DNA from: Oscillospiraceae bacterium
Lineage (GTDB): Bacteria; Bacillota; Clostridia; Oscillospirales; CAG-272
Length of the DNA: 64,000 bases
Assembly: GCA_015064685.1 (NCBI GenBank)
Contig: SVRT01000007.1
Span: 5,361 to 69,360 of the forward strand
Reading direction: 5' to 3'
Position numbers and translations under genes: made by a program. Position 1 is the first letter of the stretch. Each line of letters opens with the position of its first letter. The notes under the pieces were generated by a model. That model ran no database searches, had not been told where the DNA came from, and saw only the letters and a list, made by a program, of their open reading frames with translations. This document shows positions 53,419-62,509 of the stretch, piece by piece.

Positions 53419-54163
53419 ATCTATATCCCTGCTCTTTGAGTTCCCTGATTATTTCAGCTAGTATCTCTGCGTTTGTTGCCGAGGTTGGATGCAGAAGCAT
53501 TATTTCTCCGTTGTGAACGTTCTCGAGGATTTTTTGCTTTGCTTTTTCGGCAGATAATTGGGCATTATTATCCCAATCAGCATACGCGAAGCTCCAAAAA
53601 ACCGTTTTGTATCCTAAATCCTGAGCATATTTAAGAGATTGCTCATCAAATTTACCTTCAGGGGGACGATAGTACTTTGATAGGTTTCTTCCCGTTTTTT
53701 CAAGACATATTGTTTCAAGTGAAGATAGCTCTTCCTTGAATTCCTCCGCGGTTTTCCCTGTCATTTTTTTGTGAGAAAACGTATGGTTGCAAACAAGATG
53801 CCCACTGTCAAACATTTGTTGAACAAGATCGGAATTTGCATCAATAAAGTGACCGAGAACAAAAAAAGCACCCTTCACACCTTCACTATCAAGAACATCA
53901 ACTATCCTCTTGACGTTACCGTTCTCATATCCTGCATCAAAAGTCAGATAGATCACCTTATCATCGTTTCCATCCCCGTGCTTTTTGTCAATATAGTACC
54001 CTCCGTAATTCTCAATGAAGGAAATCGTAGGGTCAGCTACAGGTTGTAAATGATCTTTTCTATGAACGCAAAACCAGTTGTATTCGTTGCAGTTTGCATT
54101 AACAGAAAGGGTAAATAATAAAAGAAAAAGAATAAGAATAAAAAGAAAAACAGTCTTTTTCAC
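53396..54163 (-). CDS. polysaccharide deacetylase, PdaA-like (candidate delta-lactam-biosynthetic de-N-acetylase)
   Basis: GTG start 54163 after AAGGAGA. Signal/anchor KKTVFLFILILFLLLFTLSVNA. LTFDAGYENG (the Asp-Ala-Gly variant I associate with PdaA), HLVCNHTFSH, RPPEG, MLLHP. Overlaps the downstream deacetylase gene by 23 nt. Confidence 0.75.
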   Translation of the reverse strand: MKKTVFLFILILFLLLFTLSVNANCNEYNWFCVHRKDHLQPVADPTISFIENYGGYYIDKKHGDGNDDKVIYLTFDAGYENGNVKRIVDVLDSEGVKGAFFVLGHFIDANSDLVQQMFDSGHLVCNHTFSHKKMTGKTAEEFKEELSSLETICLEKTGRNLSKYYRPPEGKFDEQSLKYAQDLGYKTVFWSFAYADWDNNAQLSAEKAKQKILENVHNGEIMLLHPTSATNAEILAEIIRELKEQGYRFGTLDEL

Positions 54164-54334
54164 CGTATCATCTCCTTTCGTGATTATTTTTTCCCAATGA
54201 TATTTTTTTATAAAATGTAAAAGCTGAAAATGTTTCAATTTTATTGCAAAAAGAGTCATTTTTTACTCGAAAAATATTGACAAAAAATCAATTATGCGAT
54301 AAAATATATATATACAGCATTTGGAGATCTTGCA

Positions 54335-54613
54335 ATGGATATATTAGGAATTTTTTTAGGTTTTTTCATCGGCGCTCTTTGCGGGGTCGTGCCGTTGCTT
54401 TTCGGTATTCTGACCAAGCATAGATTTTTAGGCATTATCGGAATAGTATCCAGTGCTATTTCGGGAATAATATTTGAGTTGTTTCAAAAGTCACCCTTTA
54501 CGGCTATAGGAGTCGCATTCGTTTTTGCAATAGCAATCTTTGCAAAGAACAAAAATAAAAATAGACCCTCACACGACGATCACGACGATCACGATATTTA
54601 TTTGGGTGAATAA
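54335..54613 (+). CDS. small membrane protein (3 predicted TM segments) with an HDDHDDHD tail
   Basis: 92 aa. Gly/Ile/Phe-rich hydrophobic segments, then KNKNKNRPSHDDHDDHDIYLGE. GGAG RBS. Confidence 0.6.
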   Translation: MDILGIFLGFFIGALCGVVPLLFGILTKHRFLGIIGIVSSAISGIIFELFQKSPFTAIGVAFVFAIAIFAKNKNKNRPSHDDHDDHDIYLGE

Positions 54614-54749
54614 TAAGGCGTATCAGCAGGTTTGTGCAGATATGCTTTATTTTTTTGCTACAAATTAGAAAAAACTATATACAAAAAGAGATTATTATGT
54701 TATAATATATAATAGTATATTATTATTCGAATGTTAACGGAGAAATAAA

Positions 54750-55613
54750 ATGGAAAAGGACAATAAAAAAAGATACAGCGAAAAGAAATACGGAGCTCAA
54801 AACAAAAAAAGCAGATCGTATGATGATAATCGATATGCGCAGAAGCGCCCTTCCCCTTTAAGTGATGCAGAGACTGAAGACACCGGTCTTGTGATAGGAC
54901 GAAACGCAGTTCGCGAACTTTTGAAATCGGAACGCGAAATAGACAAGATCCTGGTTCAACGCGGTGAACGTGAGGGCTCTATAGTTGTACTGGTAGCAAT
55001 GGCGATCGAAAAAGGAATTCCGGTCGTTGAGACAGATAAGAATAAACTTGATTCTATGTCGGGATTCGCCCCGCATCAGGGTATAATCGCAATGGCTTCT
55101 GAAAAGGAGTATTGCGCCGTAGAAGATATTTTGAATATCGCCCGGGAGCGCGGAGAGGCGCCCTTGATCGTAATCGCAGATGGAATAACTGACCCGTATA
55201 ATCTCGGCGCGCTTATCAGGTGTGCTGAAGGTGCGGGAGCGCATGGAATAATCATTCCCAAGAGAAGATCAACAGGACTCACACCGCTCGTTTCAAAGGC
55301 ATCTGCCGGAGCTATTGAGCATATGGCTATAGCCAAGGTCGCAAATATTTCCAATACAATACGTTATTTGAAGGAGCAAGGCGTTTGGATATTCGCGGCA
55401 GAGGCTGGCGGCAAGCCCTATTACGAAACGGACTTTAAGGGCGCATGTGGTCTGGTATTTGGAAGCGAAGGAAACGGGGTCTCGCAGATCGTGATTGAAA
55501 ATTCGGATGCACTCACGTCAATACCGATGTACGGAAAGGTAAATTCATTCAACGTATCCACCGCCGCTTCGGTCATTTTATGTGAGGTAGCAAGACAGAA
55601 TCGTACAAAATAG
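54750..55613 (+). CDS. rlmB: 23S rRNA (guanosine-2'-O)-methyltransferase RlmB (SpoU family with an N-terminal basic extension)
   Basis: GRNAVRELL substrate-binding domain, then GITDPYNLGALIRCAEGAGAHGIIIP, GLVFGSEGNGVS and SFNVSTAASVIL. Confidence 0.85.
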   Translation: MEKDNKKRYSEKKYGAQNKKSRSYDDNRYAQKRPSPLSDAETEDTGLVIGRNAVRELLKSEREIDKILVQRGEREGSIVVLVAMAIEKGIPVVETDKNKLDSMSGFAPHQGIIAMASEKEYCAVEDILNIARERGEAPLIVIADGITDPYNLGALIRCAEGAGAHGIIIPKRRSTGLTPLVSKASAGAIEHMAIAKVANISNTIRYLKEQGVWIFAAEAGGKPYYETDFKGACGLVFGSEGNGVSQIVIENSDALTSIPMYGKVNSFNVSTAASVILCEVARQNRTK

Positions 55614-55630
55614 TTATAACGGAGGTCAAA

Positions 55631-58621
55631 ATGGGTAGACAAAAGAAAAACGAATTGGATGCTATTCTTGAACAATTAAAAAAATCTTATGCTACCGATG
55701 TTGATGAGGAACTTGAGGACTCCTTGCTTGAAACCGAGGAATCCGAGGAGGATGCGGAGCTTGCATCGGTATTGGAAAAAATATTCGCATCAGGCTCTGA
55801 TGATGTCAATGAAGCACCTGCAGAAGAAATACCTTCAGAGGATGCGGAAGAAATAAACGGACTGACGCATGAAGATCAGACTGTTGAAAATATGGCTCCG
55901 GAGGAAATGGAAATCATAGTAACGTCGGATGACAACGAAACGATTAATTCGGTATCCGACCTTGATGGCAATAACGTTGAAGAAGAAATTGAAGACATAT
56001 TCCCCGCTGAGTTGCAAGAAATGGCGGAGAATACCGAATCAGATGTTGCTGAGAGCATAGAAACATACGAGGATGAAGATCAATCCGATATGCAATCTGA
56101 GGACAACAGCTTTGAAGAAGATCGAGTTGACGATGTCCTTAGAATGATGTTCCACCAAGACGCAGAAGATGCATCCGATGTTGCAGTTCAGGATCCTGAA
56201 GATATTGAATCTTCGGATGAGGGAAACGGTTCCCTCTATGAGAATGATGATCCTGCCTTCTCCTTGGATACGGATGCCTTTAATGAGGAGGACGCAGATC
56301 AAGTAGAAGCTCCGGAAGAATACGGCACAGACGAGGATGAATTTAGTGAAGAGACAATCGAGCAGTCTTATGACGAGGATCAAGCTGTTCTTGATGAGGA
56401 TAAGTACGATTCAGCCATCTTCTCTTCTGAATATGACGAATTTGATGAAGAAATCGATATAGATGAGTGCGATGAATTAGGTGATATTTATATCGACGAG
56501 ATCATTGCTGAGGATGAAGAAGCCGAAGAAGACGAGCCTGTAAGCAAAGCGAAACTGGTATTGTCTCCGGACGATTACACAGAAGACGTCCTCCAGTACT
56601 CGCTTTGTGATATGTCAATATTCAAGCCTGAAAAGGATATGGATTATTCGATGCACGATAACCGTGAGTCAGTGGAGGACGAAGATACATCGTATGCCGA
56701 AGAATCTGTCCGTAAAACGCCAACGTCAGAAATAAGTGATAATGATGTTTCACTGTTATTGAAGTTAGGCTACGGTGGAGAGGTAGCCTCAAGTATCAGC
56801 GATGAGCATGCCAGAGCCGTCGTAGTAGAAAAGAATAACGAGTACGTACCGCAAAAGCATAGGATTACGCACGGATTTAGCGGAAGAGAGTTTTCGGGAA
56901 ATACTAATCAGATTTCCGAAATCAATAAAAAGTATAAAACAGACAAAGTGACACTCCTTGTTGTCAGTATGATAATGTCTGTAATTGCAATCACTATGTT
57001 TATAGTGGACATTTTGGCTTCTCAGGCACAAAGTGATAGCGACTATGCTGTGTTGATCTTCTTCGAAGTGTTTTTAGTGCTGGCAATGATATTGACGCTA
57101 CTGTTCACAAAACGATTAATCATAGGATTTTTGGGAATAGCTCGATTTGAAGCAAATTCGTATTCAATGCTATGTCTGACAATGGCTGAATATCTAATCT
57201 ACTGCATAGCCATTGGATTTGTGTATGCACTGTCTCCAGATTATACGCAAAATGGAGTATATGTAGCCTTTGGCGGATATGTCTCGATTTATGCATCGTT
57301 TGTTTCGTGGGCAGAATATATTGATTGCTATAAAGAGAGTCAGGCATTCAACATAGTCAGCCGCGGAGATCTTCATTGCATTTTGGAGAAAAAGATTGGC
57401 GGAAAAGGATCGTCTAATGAAAAGAGTCAAAAGCATACAAAGATTACATACAACGTAAAAAGAAGCAGATTTGTGAGTGGCTATTTCAGAAGGATAATAG
57501 ATAAAGAAACTACCGGAATGAAAATCGTATTGGTTGTCGGTGTAGTTCCCTTTGTTGCGATCTTGGCGTGTTTAATAACAGCTTCAATGACTGAGAACGC
57601 CATTCTGGGTATAAATGCCGCAGGATATATTTTGTTTTCAATAGTGCCTCTGTCTGCTATTCTCTCACCTGCATTGATTGAATTGATACATAGCCTCAGA
57701 CTTTTTAAATCCGATAGCGTCTTTATCGGTGAGGACTCTGTTTCCGAGTATGCGAGAGTTAATTCTATTGCATTTGGTGATTATGATGCCGTTGAGATAA
57801 CTGCTATTACTGAGATAAATCCGAACAATAGCGAGGAAAGCTCCAAAAAGTGGATCAATATTGCCTGTAATGTATTTGACGCATTAGGCGGACCTCTATC
57901 CAAGACTATTAAAGGAAACCAGAAAGCAGAATCTAACGTTGGTCACGAGATTACGATCAATTCAATTGCTGAAAATGGAATAGATATTTATTTTGATTCG
58001 TCAATGAATGTGCTTGTTGGTGATCGACAGTATATGTTAGCTCACAATATTAAGGTCAAAACCGATACGAATCTTTCAACAGCGATAAAGGGCGTTAACA
58101 GAACAGTTCTCTATCTGGCATTTGACGGTGTTCCCCAAATTGGCTTTATTATCACAAGCAAAATTAAACCCGGCTTCTTAGAAACGGTTGAACTGCTTGA
58201 AAAGAACAAAATAAAGATCGCGATCAACACTTATGAACCTGAAATCAATGATTTTTATTTTGAATCCAACAAAGTCGAGAACGCACTGACGGTACAAAAA
58301 AACGATAATTACGAGCATGCCGAGCCGTCATTTATTACGGATTCGGGCATTGTTGCACCGGATCCTCATAAGCTTTGTGGCGCCATTGTCTACAGCAGAG
58401 AAATAATGAAGGATAGAAAGCTGTCCAAGAAAATCAGAATTATCCAGACGATAGTCGGAATTGTGATCGCAGCTCTGCTTGTGACGGTTTCCTGTATACC
58501 TTCAGGCTCTCAATTTGTGACGTTTGTTCAATCAAACTCATTACTTATTTTCTATGCCGCAGCATTTCTTGGAATGATACCGAACGTTGTTCAAACCGTG
58601 AAGCTGATCATGAAAAAGTAA
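55631..58621 (+). CDS. large membrane protein: ~440-aa hyper-acidic N-terminal region fused to a degenerate P1B-type (heavy-metal) P-type ATPase-like body lacking catalytic motifs
   Basis: 996 aa; GGAGG RBS 7 nt upstream. The D/E-rich low-complexity N-terminus is followed by 8 hydrophobic helices in a 4 + 2 + 2 arrangement, with a ~330-aa soluble domain between helices 6 and 7. By eye, this domain is collinear with CopA-type P/N domains. Confidence 0.7.
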   Translation: MGRQKKNELDAILEQLKKSYATDVDEELEDSLLETEESEEDAELASVLEKIFASGSDDVNEAPAEEIPSEDAEEINGLTHEDQTVENMAPEEMEIIVTSDDNETINSVSDLDGNNVEEEIEDIFPAELQEMAENTESDVAESIETYEDEDQSDMQSEDNSFEEDRVDDVLRMMFHQDAEDASDVAVQDPEDIESSDEGNGSLYENDDPAFSLDTDAFNEEDADQVEAPEEYGTDEDEFSEETIEQSYDEDQAVLDEDKYDSAIFSSEYDEFDEEIDIDECDELGDIYIDEIIAEDEEAEEDEPVSKAKLVLSPDDYTEDVLQYSLCDMSIFKPEKDMDYSMHDNRESVEDEDTSYAEESVRKTPTSEISDNDVSLLLKLGYGGEVASSISDEHARAVVVEKNNEYVPQKHRITHGFSGREFSGNTNQISEINKKYKTDKVTLLVVSMIMSVIAITMFIVDILASQAQSDSDYAVLIFFEVFLVLAMILTLLFTKRLIIGFLGIARFEANSYSMLCLTMAEYLIYCIAIGFVYALSPDYTQNGVYVAFGGYVSIYASFVSWAEYIDCYKESQAFNIVSRGDLHCILEKKIGGKGSSNEKSQKHTKITYNVKRSRFVSGYFRRIIDKETTGMKIVLVVGVVPFVAILACLITASMTENAILGINAAGYILFSIVPLSAILSPALIELIHSLRLFKSDSVFIGEDSVSEYARVNSIAFGDYDAVEITAITEINPNNSEESSKKWINIACNVFDALGGPLSKTIKGNQKAESNVGHEITINSIAENGIDIYFDSSMNVLVGDRQYMLAHNIKVKTDTNLSTAIKGVNRTVLYLAFDGVPQIGFIITSKIKPGFLETVELLEKNKIKIAINTYEPEINDFYFESNKVENALTVQKNDNYEHAEPSFITDSGIVAPDPHKLCGAIVYSREIMKDRKLSKKIRIIQTIVGIVIAALLVTVSCIPSGSQFVTFVQSNSLLIFYAAAFLGMIPNVVQTVKLIMKK

Positions 58622-58644
58622 AAATGTCTTCAAGGAATTATAAT

Positions 58645-60501
58645 ATGAACGAAAAGTTAAACTCAATTTTAAAGCAAGTCTCAAAGCCCGGAAGATATTC
58701 TGGCGGTGAGTACGGGCAGATCATTAAGGATAAATCAAAGGTTAAAGCAAGGTTTGCCTTTGCTTTTCCCGATACGTATGAGATCGGTATGTCCAATCTC
58801 GGTGTAAGAATACTGTACGAGTGCCTCAACCGCGAGGAAGATATCTGGTGTGAGAGAGTGTACGATCCGTGGGTGGATATGCAGGAGAAGATGAAGGAAA
58901 ACGGGCTGCTTCTCTGGGCGCACGAGAGCAAGGACAACGTCAAGGATTTTGATTTCCTTGGCTTTACCCTTCAGTATGAAATGTCATATACTAACGTTCT
59001 CAACATGCTCGAGCTTGCAGGCATTCCTCTCAGAAGCGCTGAGCGCGGAGAGGAGTTTCCCCTTGTCATTGGAGGCGGTCCCTGCGCGTATAACCCTGAG
59101 CCTGTGGCGGATTTCTTTGATCTGTTCAACATAGGAGAGGGTGAGAGCCTGCTCGTAGAGATAGTACGTCTTTACATACAGATGAAGGACGAGGGCAGAT
59201 ACTCAAAGGCAGAGTTTTTGCACGAAGCCGCAAAAACTATTCCGGGTGTATACGTTCCCTCTCTCTACGACGTTGAATACAATGCTGACGGTACGATCAA
59301 AGCATATAAGCCCATATATGATGACATTCCCACTAAAATAACCAAGAGAATCGTCGAGGACCTCGACAAAGCAATATTTCCTGATTATGCGATAATGCCT
59401 TACACCGAGGTAGTCCACGACAGAATAATGCTTGAGGTCTTCCGCGGCTGTATCCGCGGCTGTAGATTCTGCCAGGCGGGTATGATATACAGACCTGTCA
59501 GAGAGAAATCTCCCGACGTGCTCAATGAGCAAGCAAAGTGTATCTTTGAGAACACAGGATACGAGGAGATATCTCTTTCCTCGCTTTCAATAAGCGACTA
59601 TACGGGGCTCCCCGAGCTTACCGATAAGCTTCTTGAATGGACGAAGGATAATATGGTCAGCTTTTCCCTGCCATCTCTCCGAGTCGACAGCTTTACAAAG
59701 GAGCTTATGGAAAAGGTCGCATCGGTCAGAGCATCATCTCTCACGTTTGCTCCCGAGGCGGGATCGCAGAGACTCAGAGACGTTATTAACAAAAACGTGC
59801 AAGAGGATGACCTTATGAGAGCGGTCAACGTTGCTTTTGATGCGGGCAAAACACAGGTAAAGCTCTATTTTATGCAGGGACTTCCCACAGAGACGGAGGA
59901 GGATCTTGCGGCTATACCGAAGCTCGCTAAAGACGTTATCGAAGCCTTTTATGCTAATCCCAACCGTAACCGCGCAAAGCAGCCTCAGGTGACCTTCAGT
60001 GTGTCGCCATTCATTCCCAAGCCCTTTACCCCGTTCCAGTGGGAGCCTCAGGATAGCCTTGAGACAATGAAAGAAAAGCAGAGCTTCGTCGGAAGCTGCG
60101 TGACGGATAGAAAGATCAAGTATCAGCATCACGATGCAGAAATATGCCGAATCGAAGCAGTTATGGCTCGCGGAGACAGAAAGCTCTGCAAAGCACTCGA
60201 GCTTGCCTGCCGAGAGGGCTTTAAATTTGACGCGTGGAGCGAATACTTTGATTATGATAAATGGATCGAAGTATTTGAGAAAAGCGGCGTAGATCCTGAT
60301 TTTTATGCTAACAGACGATATTCCTTTGATGAGGTGCTTCCGTGGGATATTATTGACTGCGGAGTTGACAAGAGCTTCCTCGTAAGGGAGTGTAAAAAAG
60401 CGTATGAGGATCAGACAACGCCGAGCTGCCGTGAAAAATGCTCGGGCTGCGGAGCAAATAAGCTTGGAGGTGAAAGAACGTGTTGTCCGAAAAGAAAATA
60501 A
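58645..60501 (+). CDS. TIGR03960-family B12-binding-domain radical SAM protein
   Basis: MNEKLNSILKQVSKPGRYSGGEYG N-terminus. Radical SAM cluster motif CIRGCRFCQAG. Start at ATG 58645 (AAGGA RBS); the ORF track's 58624 is an alternative. Confidence 0.8.
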   Translation: MNEKLNSILKQVSKPGRYSGGEYGQIIKDKSKVKARFAFAFPDTYEIGMSNLGVRILYECLNREEDIWCERVYDPWVDMQEKMKENGLLLWAHESKDNVKDFDFLGFTLQYEMSYTNVLNMLELAGIPLRSAERGEEFPLVIGGGPCAYNPEPVADFFDLFNIGEGESLLVEIVRLYIQMKDEGRYSKAEFLHEAAKTIPGVYVPSLYDVEYNADGTIKAYKPIYDDIPTKITKRIVEDLDKAIFPDYAIMPYTEVVHDRIMLEVFRGCIRGCRFCQAGMIYRPVREKSPDVLNEQAKCIFENTGYEEISLSSLSISDYTGLPELTDKLLEWTKDNMVSFSLPSLRVDSFTKELMEKVASVRASSLTFAPEAGSQRLRDVINKNVQEDDLMRAVNVAFDAGKTQVKLYFMQGLPTETEEDLAAIPKLAKDVIEAFYANPNRNRAKQPQVTFSVSPFIPKPFTPFQWEPQDSLETMKEKQSFVGSCVTDRKIKYQHHDAEICRIEAVMARGDRKLCKALELACREGFKFDAWSEYFDYDKWIEVFEKSGVDPDFYANRRYSFDEVLPWDIIDCGVDKSFLVRECKKAYEDQTTPSCREKCSGCGANKLGGERTCCPKRK

Positions 60502-60530
60502 CACCCGGCGAAAAAAAGCTATCCCTTCCA

Positions 60531-61208
60531 ATGCTTGATAACCCGGTTACCGTGCGTATTAAGTTTTGTAAGATAGGTACTCTTCAGTTCGTTTCACACC
60601 TCGACCTGCAAAGAACATTTCACAGAGTACTTGTCAGAGCCAATATACCGATGTGGTATACGAAAGGATTTAATCCACACGCCAAGCTCGTATTCGGTCT
60701 TCCCTTGTCTGTTGGTACCGAGAGTATGTGCGAAATGGCTGATTTGAGGATCGAGAGAAAGATTGCGCTTGAGGATATAAAGAATCAGCTTAATGCACAG
60801 CTTACGGACGAGATGTACGTGCTTGATGCGTATTACCCCACTACGAAATTTGCTGACATTGCATATGCTGATTATACTATCACGCTTAAAGCGCCAAATA
60901 TTGATGAGAATAGTGCGCTCAAGGCAACAAGCCGCTTTATGCTGCCTATTATGATGATGAAAAAATCAAAATCAGGCGAAAAAGAGGTAGATATCACAAG
61001 CTTCATCAAAAAGATCGAGTTTGAATCAAAGGACGGTTGCCTTACGGCAAAAGCTATTCTGTCAGCCGGTAGTGCCGATAATTTGAATCCCGAGTATATC
61101 GTTACAGCGCTTCGTGAATGCGAGGAGCTTCGGAATGATCTAAGCGATCTTACGTATCGCATAATGCGAAATAAGGTGTATGACGGCTATCTCGTCGAGT
61201 TTAAGTGA
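60531..61208 (+). CDS. TIGR03936-family (DUF2344) radical SAM-associated protein
   Basis: VRIKFCKIGTLQFVSHLDLQRTFHRVLVRANIPMWYTKGFNPHAKL matches my recollection of the DUF2344 N-terminus. Its position right after the TIGR03960 gene is the usual pairing. Confidence 0.75.
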   Translation: MLDNPVTVRIKFCKIGTLQFVSHLDLQRTFHRVLVRANIPMWYTKGFNPHAKLVFGLPLSVGTESMCEMADLRIERKIALEDIKNQLNAQLTDEMYVLDAYYPTTKFADIAYADYTITLKAPNIDENSALKATSRFMLPIMMMKKSKSGEKEVDITSFIKKIEFESKDGCLTAKAILSAGSADNLNPEYIVTALRECEELRNDLSDLTYRIMRNKVYDGYLVEFK

Positions 61209-61276
61209 CATAATATACAAAATTAGTATGTATTTATGTGCAATCATACAAAAAGCGATGCCGAAAACAAAAAGCA

Positions 61277-61305
61277 TTGATTTTTTGTCGAAAAAATGAT
61301 AAAAT
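61277..61305 (+). promoter_or_regulatory. sigma-A-type promoter (extended -10) for the 140-aa hypothetical gene
   Basis: TTGATT (61277-61282), 17-nt spacer, TGaTAAAAT (61297-61305). Confidence 0.5.
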
Positions 61306-61347
61306 GTAAATAATACGGAAGAAACCGTTAAAATGGAGGAAAAAACA

Positions 61348-61770
61348 ATGGCAATCAAAATGAGAGTTCTCTGCTATCCCGAGAACAATAAGAAGCTCCG
61401 CTCAATCGCTGAGATGATCAAAGCGGAGTACGACCTTAACGTCAACTCTGTTGACAGAATTCCCCCCGCATATTCCTGTGATAAGGAAAGACTTGTTATC
61501 CTTGCAATTCAGATCAAGGGCTCCCTTCCCGATAGCTACAGACTTTTCGTTCGCGAGCTTACAAAGGCAAGAGCAGCAAACGTAGCTATTATTTATGCAG
61601 GAGACGAAGCATCTGTTACAAAGACTCAGGATCTTCTCCGTGAAGCCGGAACAAATGTTATTGAAGAAGCAAAATTCGTTAAGGTAGGACTCTTTAACAG
61701 CAAGGTTAATGACGAGGAAAAGGCAGATATCCTTGCATGGGTAAAGAACTGCGTGGATAATCTTGCATAA
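61348..61770 (+). CDS. hypothetical protein, 140 aa (possibly a flavodoxin-like alpha/beta fold)
   Basis: ATG 61348 lies 7 nt after GGAGGA. Alternating beta/alpha-like pattern (MRVLCYP..., LVILAIQIKG..., VAIIYAG...). No motif recognised. Confidence 0.55.
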   Translation: MAIKMRVLCYPENNKKLRSIAEMIKAEYDLNVNSVDRIPPAYSCDKERLVILAIQIKGSLPDSYRLFVRELTKARAANVAIIYAGDEASVTKTQDLLREAGTNVIEEAKFVKVGLFNSKVNDEEKADILAWVKNCVDNLA

Positions 61771-61787
61771 TCGGTTCAGATCAATAA

Positions 61788-61818
61788 TAAAAACCCGCCG
61801 TAATTGGCGGGCTTTTAT
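61788..61818. terminator. bidirectional intrinsic terminator
   Basis: AAAAA-CCCGCC-GTAATT-GGCGGG-CTTTTATT. Confidence 0.7.
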
Positions 61819-61834
61819 TATTATCTTGTTATGA

Positions 61835-62416
61835 TCAAACGATATTCGGGGAAACAAAAGACTCCTTGTCTTTTGAGTAGCTTTCAAAATTCTCCATAAT
61901 GATTGCAACAACCTCATCGGGGGTGCGGGAGGTAGTATCGACAACGATGTTAAAATTATTATAATCGTAGTAATCAACACCGTATATATCAACGAATCTG
62001 TCACGCTCAACACGGCTTCTCTCAACAAGCTTTTCGCAAGCCTCTTCAACGCTCTCGTAATGCTCCTCTGCGCCGCGTTGATTCAGCATAACTCTTCTGG
62101 CTGCCTCCATTGGATCGATGGTCAAGAATATCTTGAACGTATTCTTTGCAAAATGCCATGCCATTCTTGAATCGAAAATTAATTTATCGTCCTTGCGCTC
62201 CTCAGAGAGCTTTGTAACTGTACCGTCGATCTCGTGATCAAGAGCAGGATCTTCCTTGAGTCTTTTGTTAAGCTCAAGAGTGGTGATGCCGAGTCTGCGG
62301 GCGAATTCTCGATTGATGACACCTGTGCTGAATATCTCGAATCCGTATCTTTCCTTCATAATGTTGCAAACCGTGGATTTTCCGCTGCCGAGTCTGCCTG
62401 TGATAGAAATAAGCAT
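61835..62416 (-). CDS. cytidylate kinase-like family P-loop kinase
   Basis: Start MLISITGRLGSGKSTV (Walker A), ATG 62416. (d)CMP kinase-like layout with a LID-like RSRVERDRF segment. Confidence 0.75.
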   Translation of the reverse strand: MLISITGRLGSGKSTVCNIMKERYGFEIFSTGVINREFARRLGITTLELNKRLKEDPALDHEIDGTVTKLSEERKDDKLIFDSRMAWHFAKNTFKIFLTIDPMEAARRVMLNQRGAEEHYESVEEACEKLVERSRVERDRFVDIYGVDYYDYNNFNIVVDTTSRTPDEVVAIIMENFESYSKDKESFVSPNIV

Positions 62417-62509
62417 TATTATGTATCCTCCAATTTGATATAAGAAAGACGACCTTTCCCAAATACCGCATAAACGGTAGATTTGCGAAAGGTCGGCTAA
62501 AATCATATT

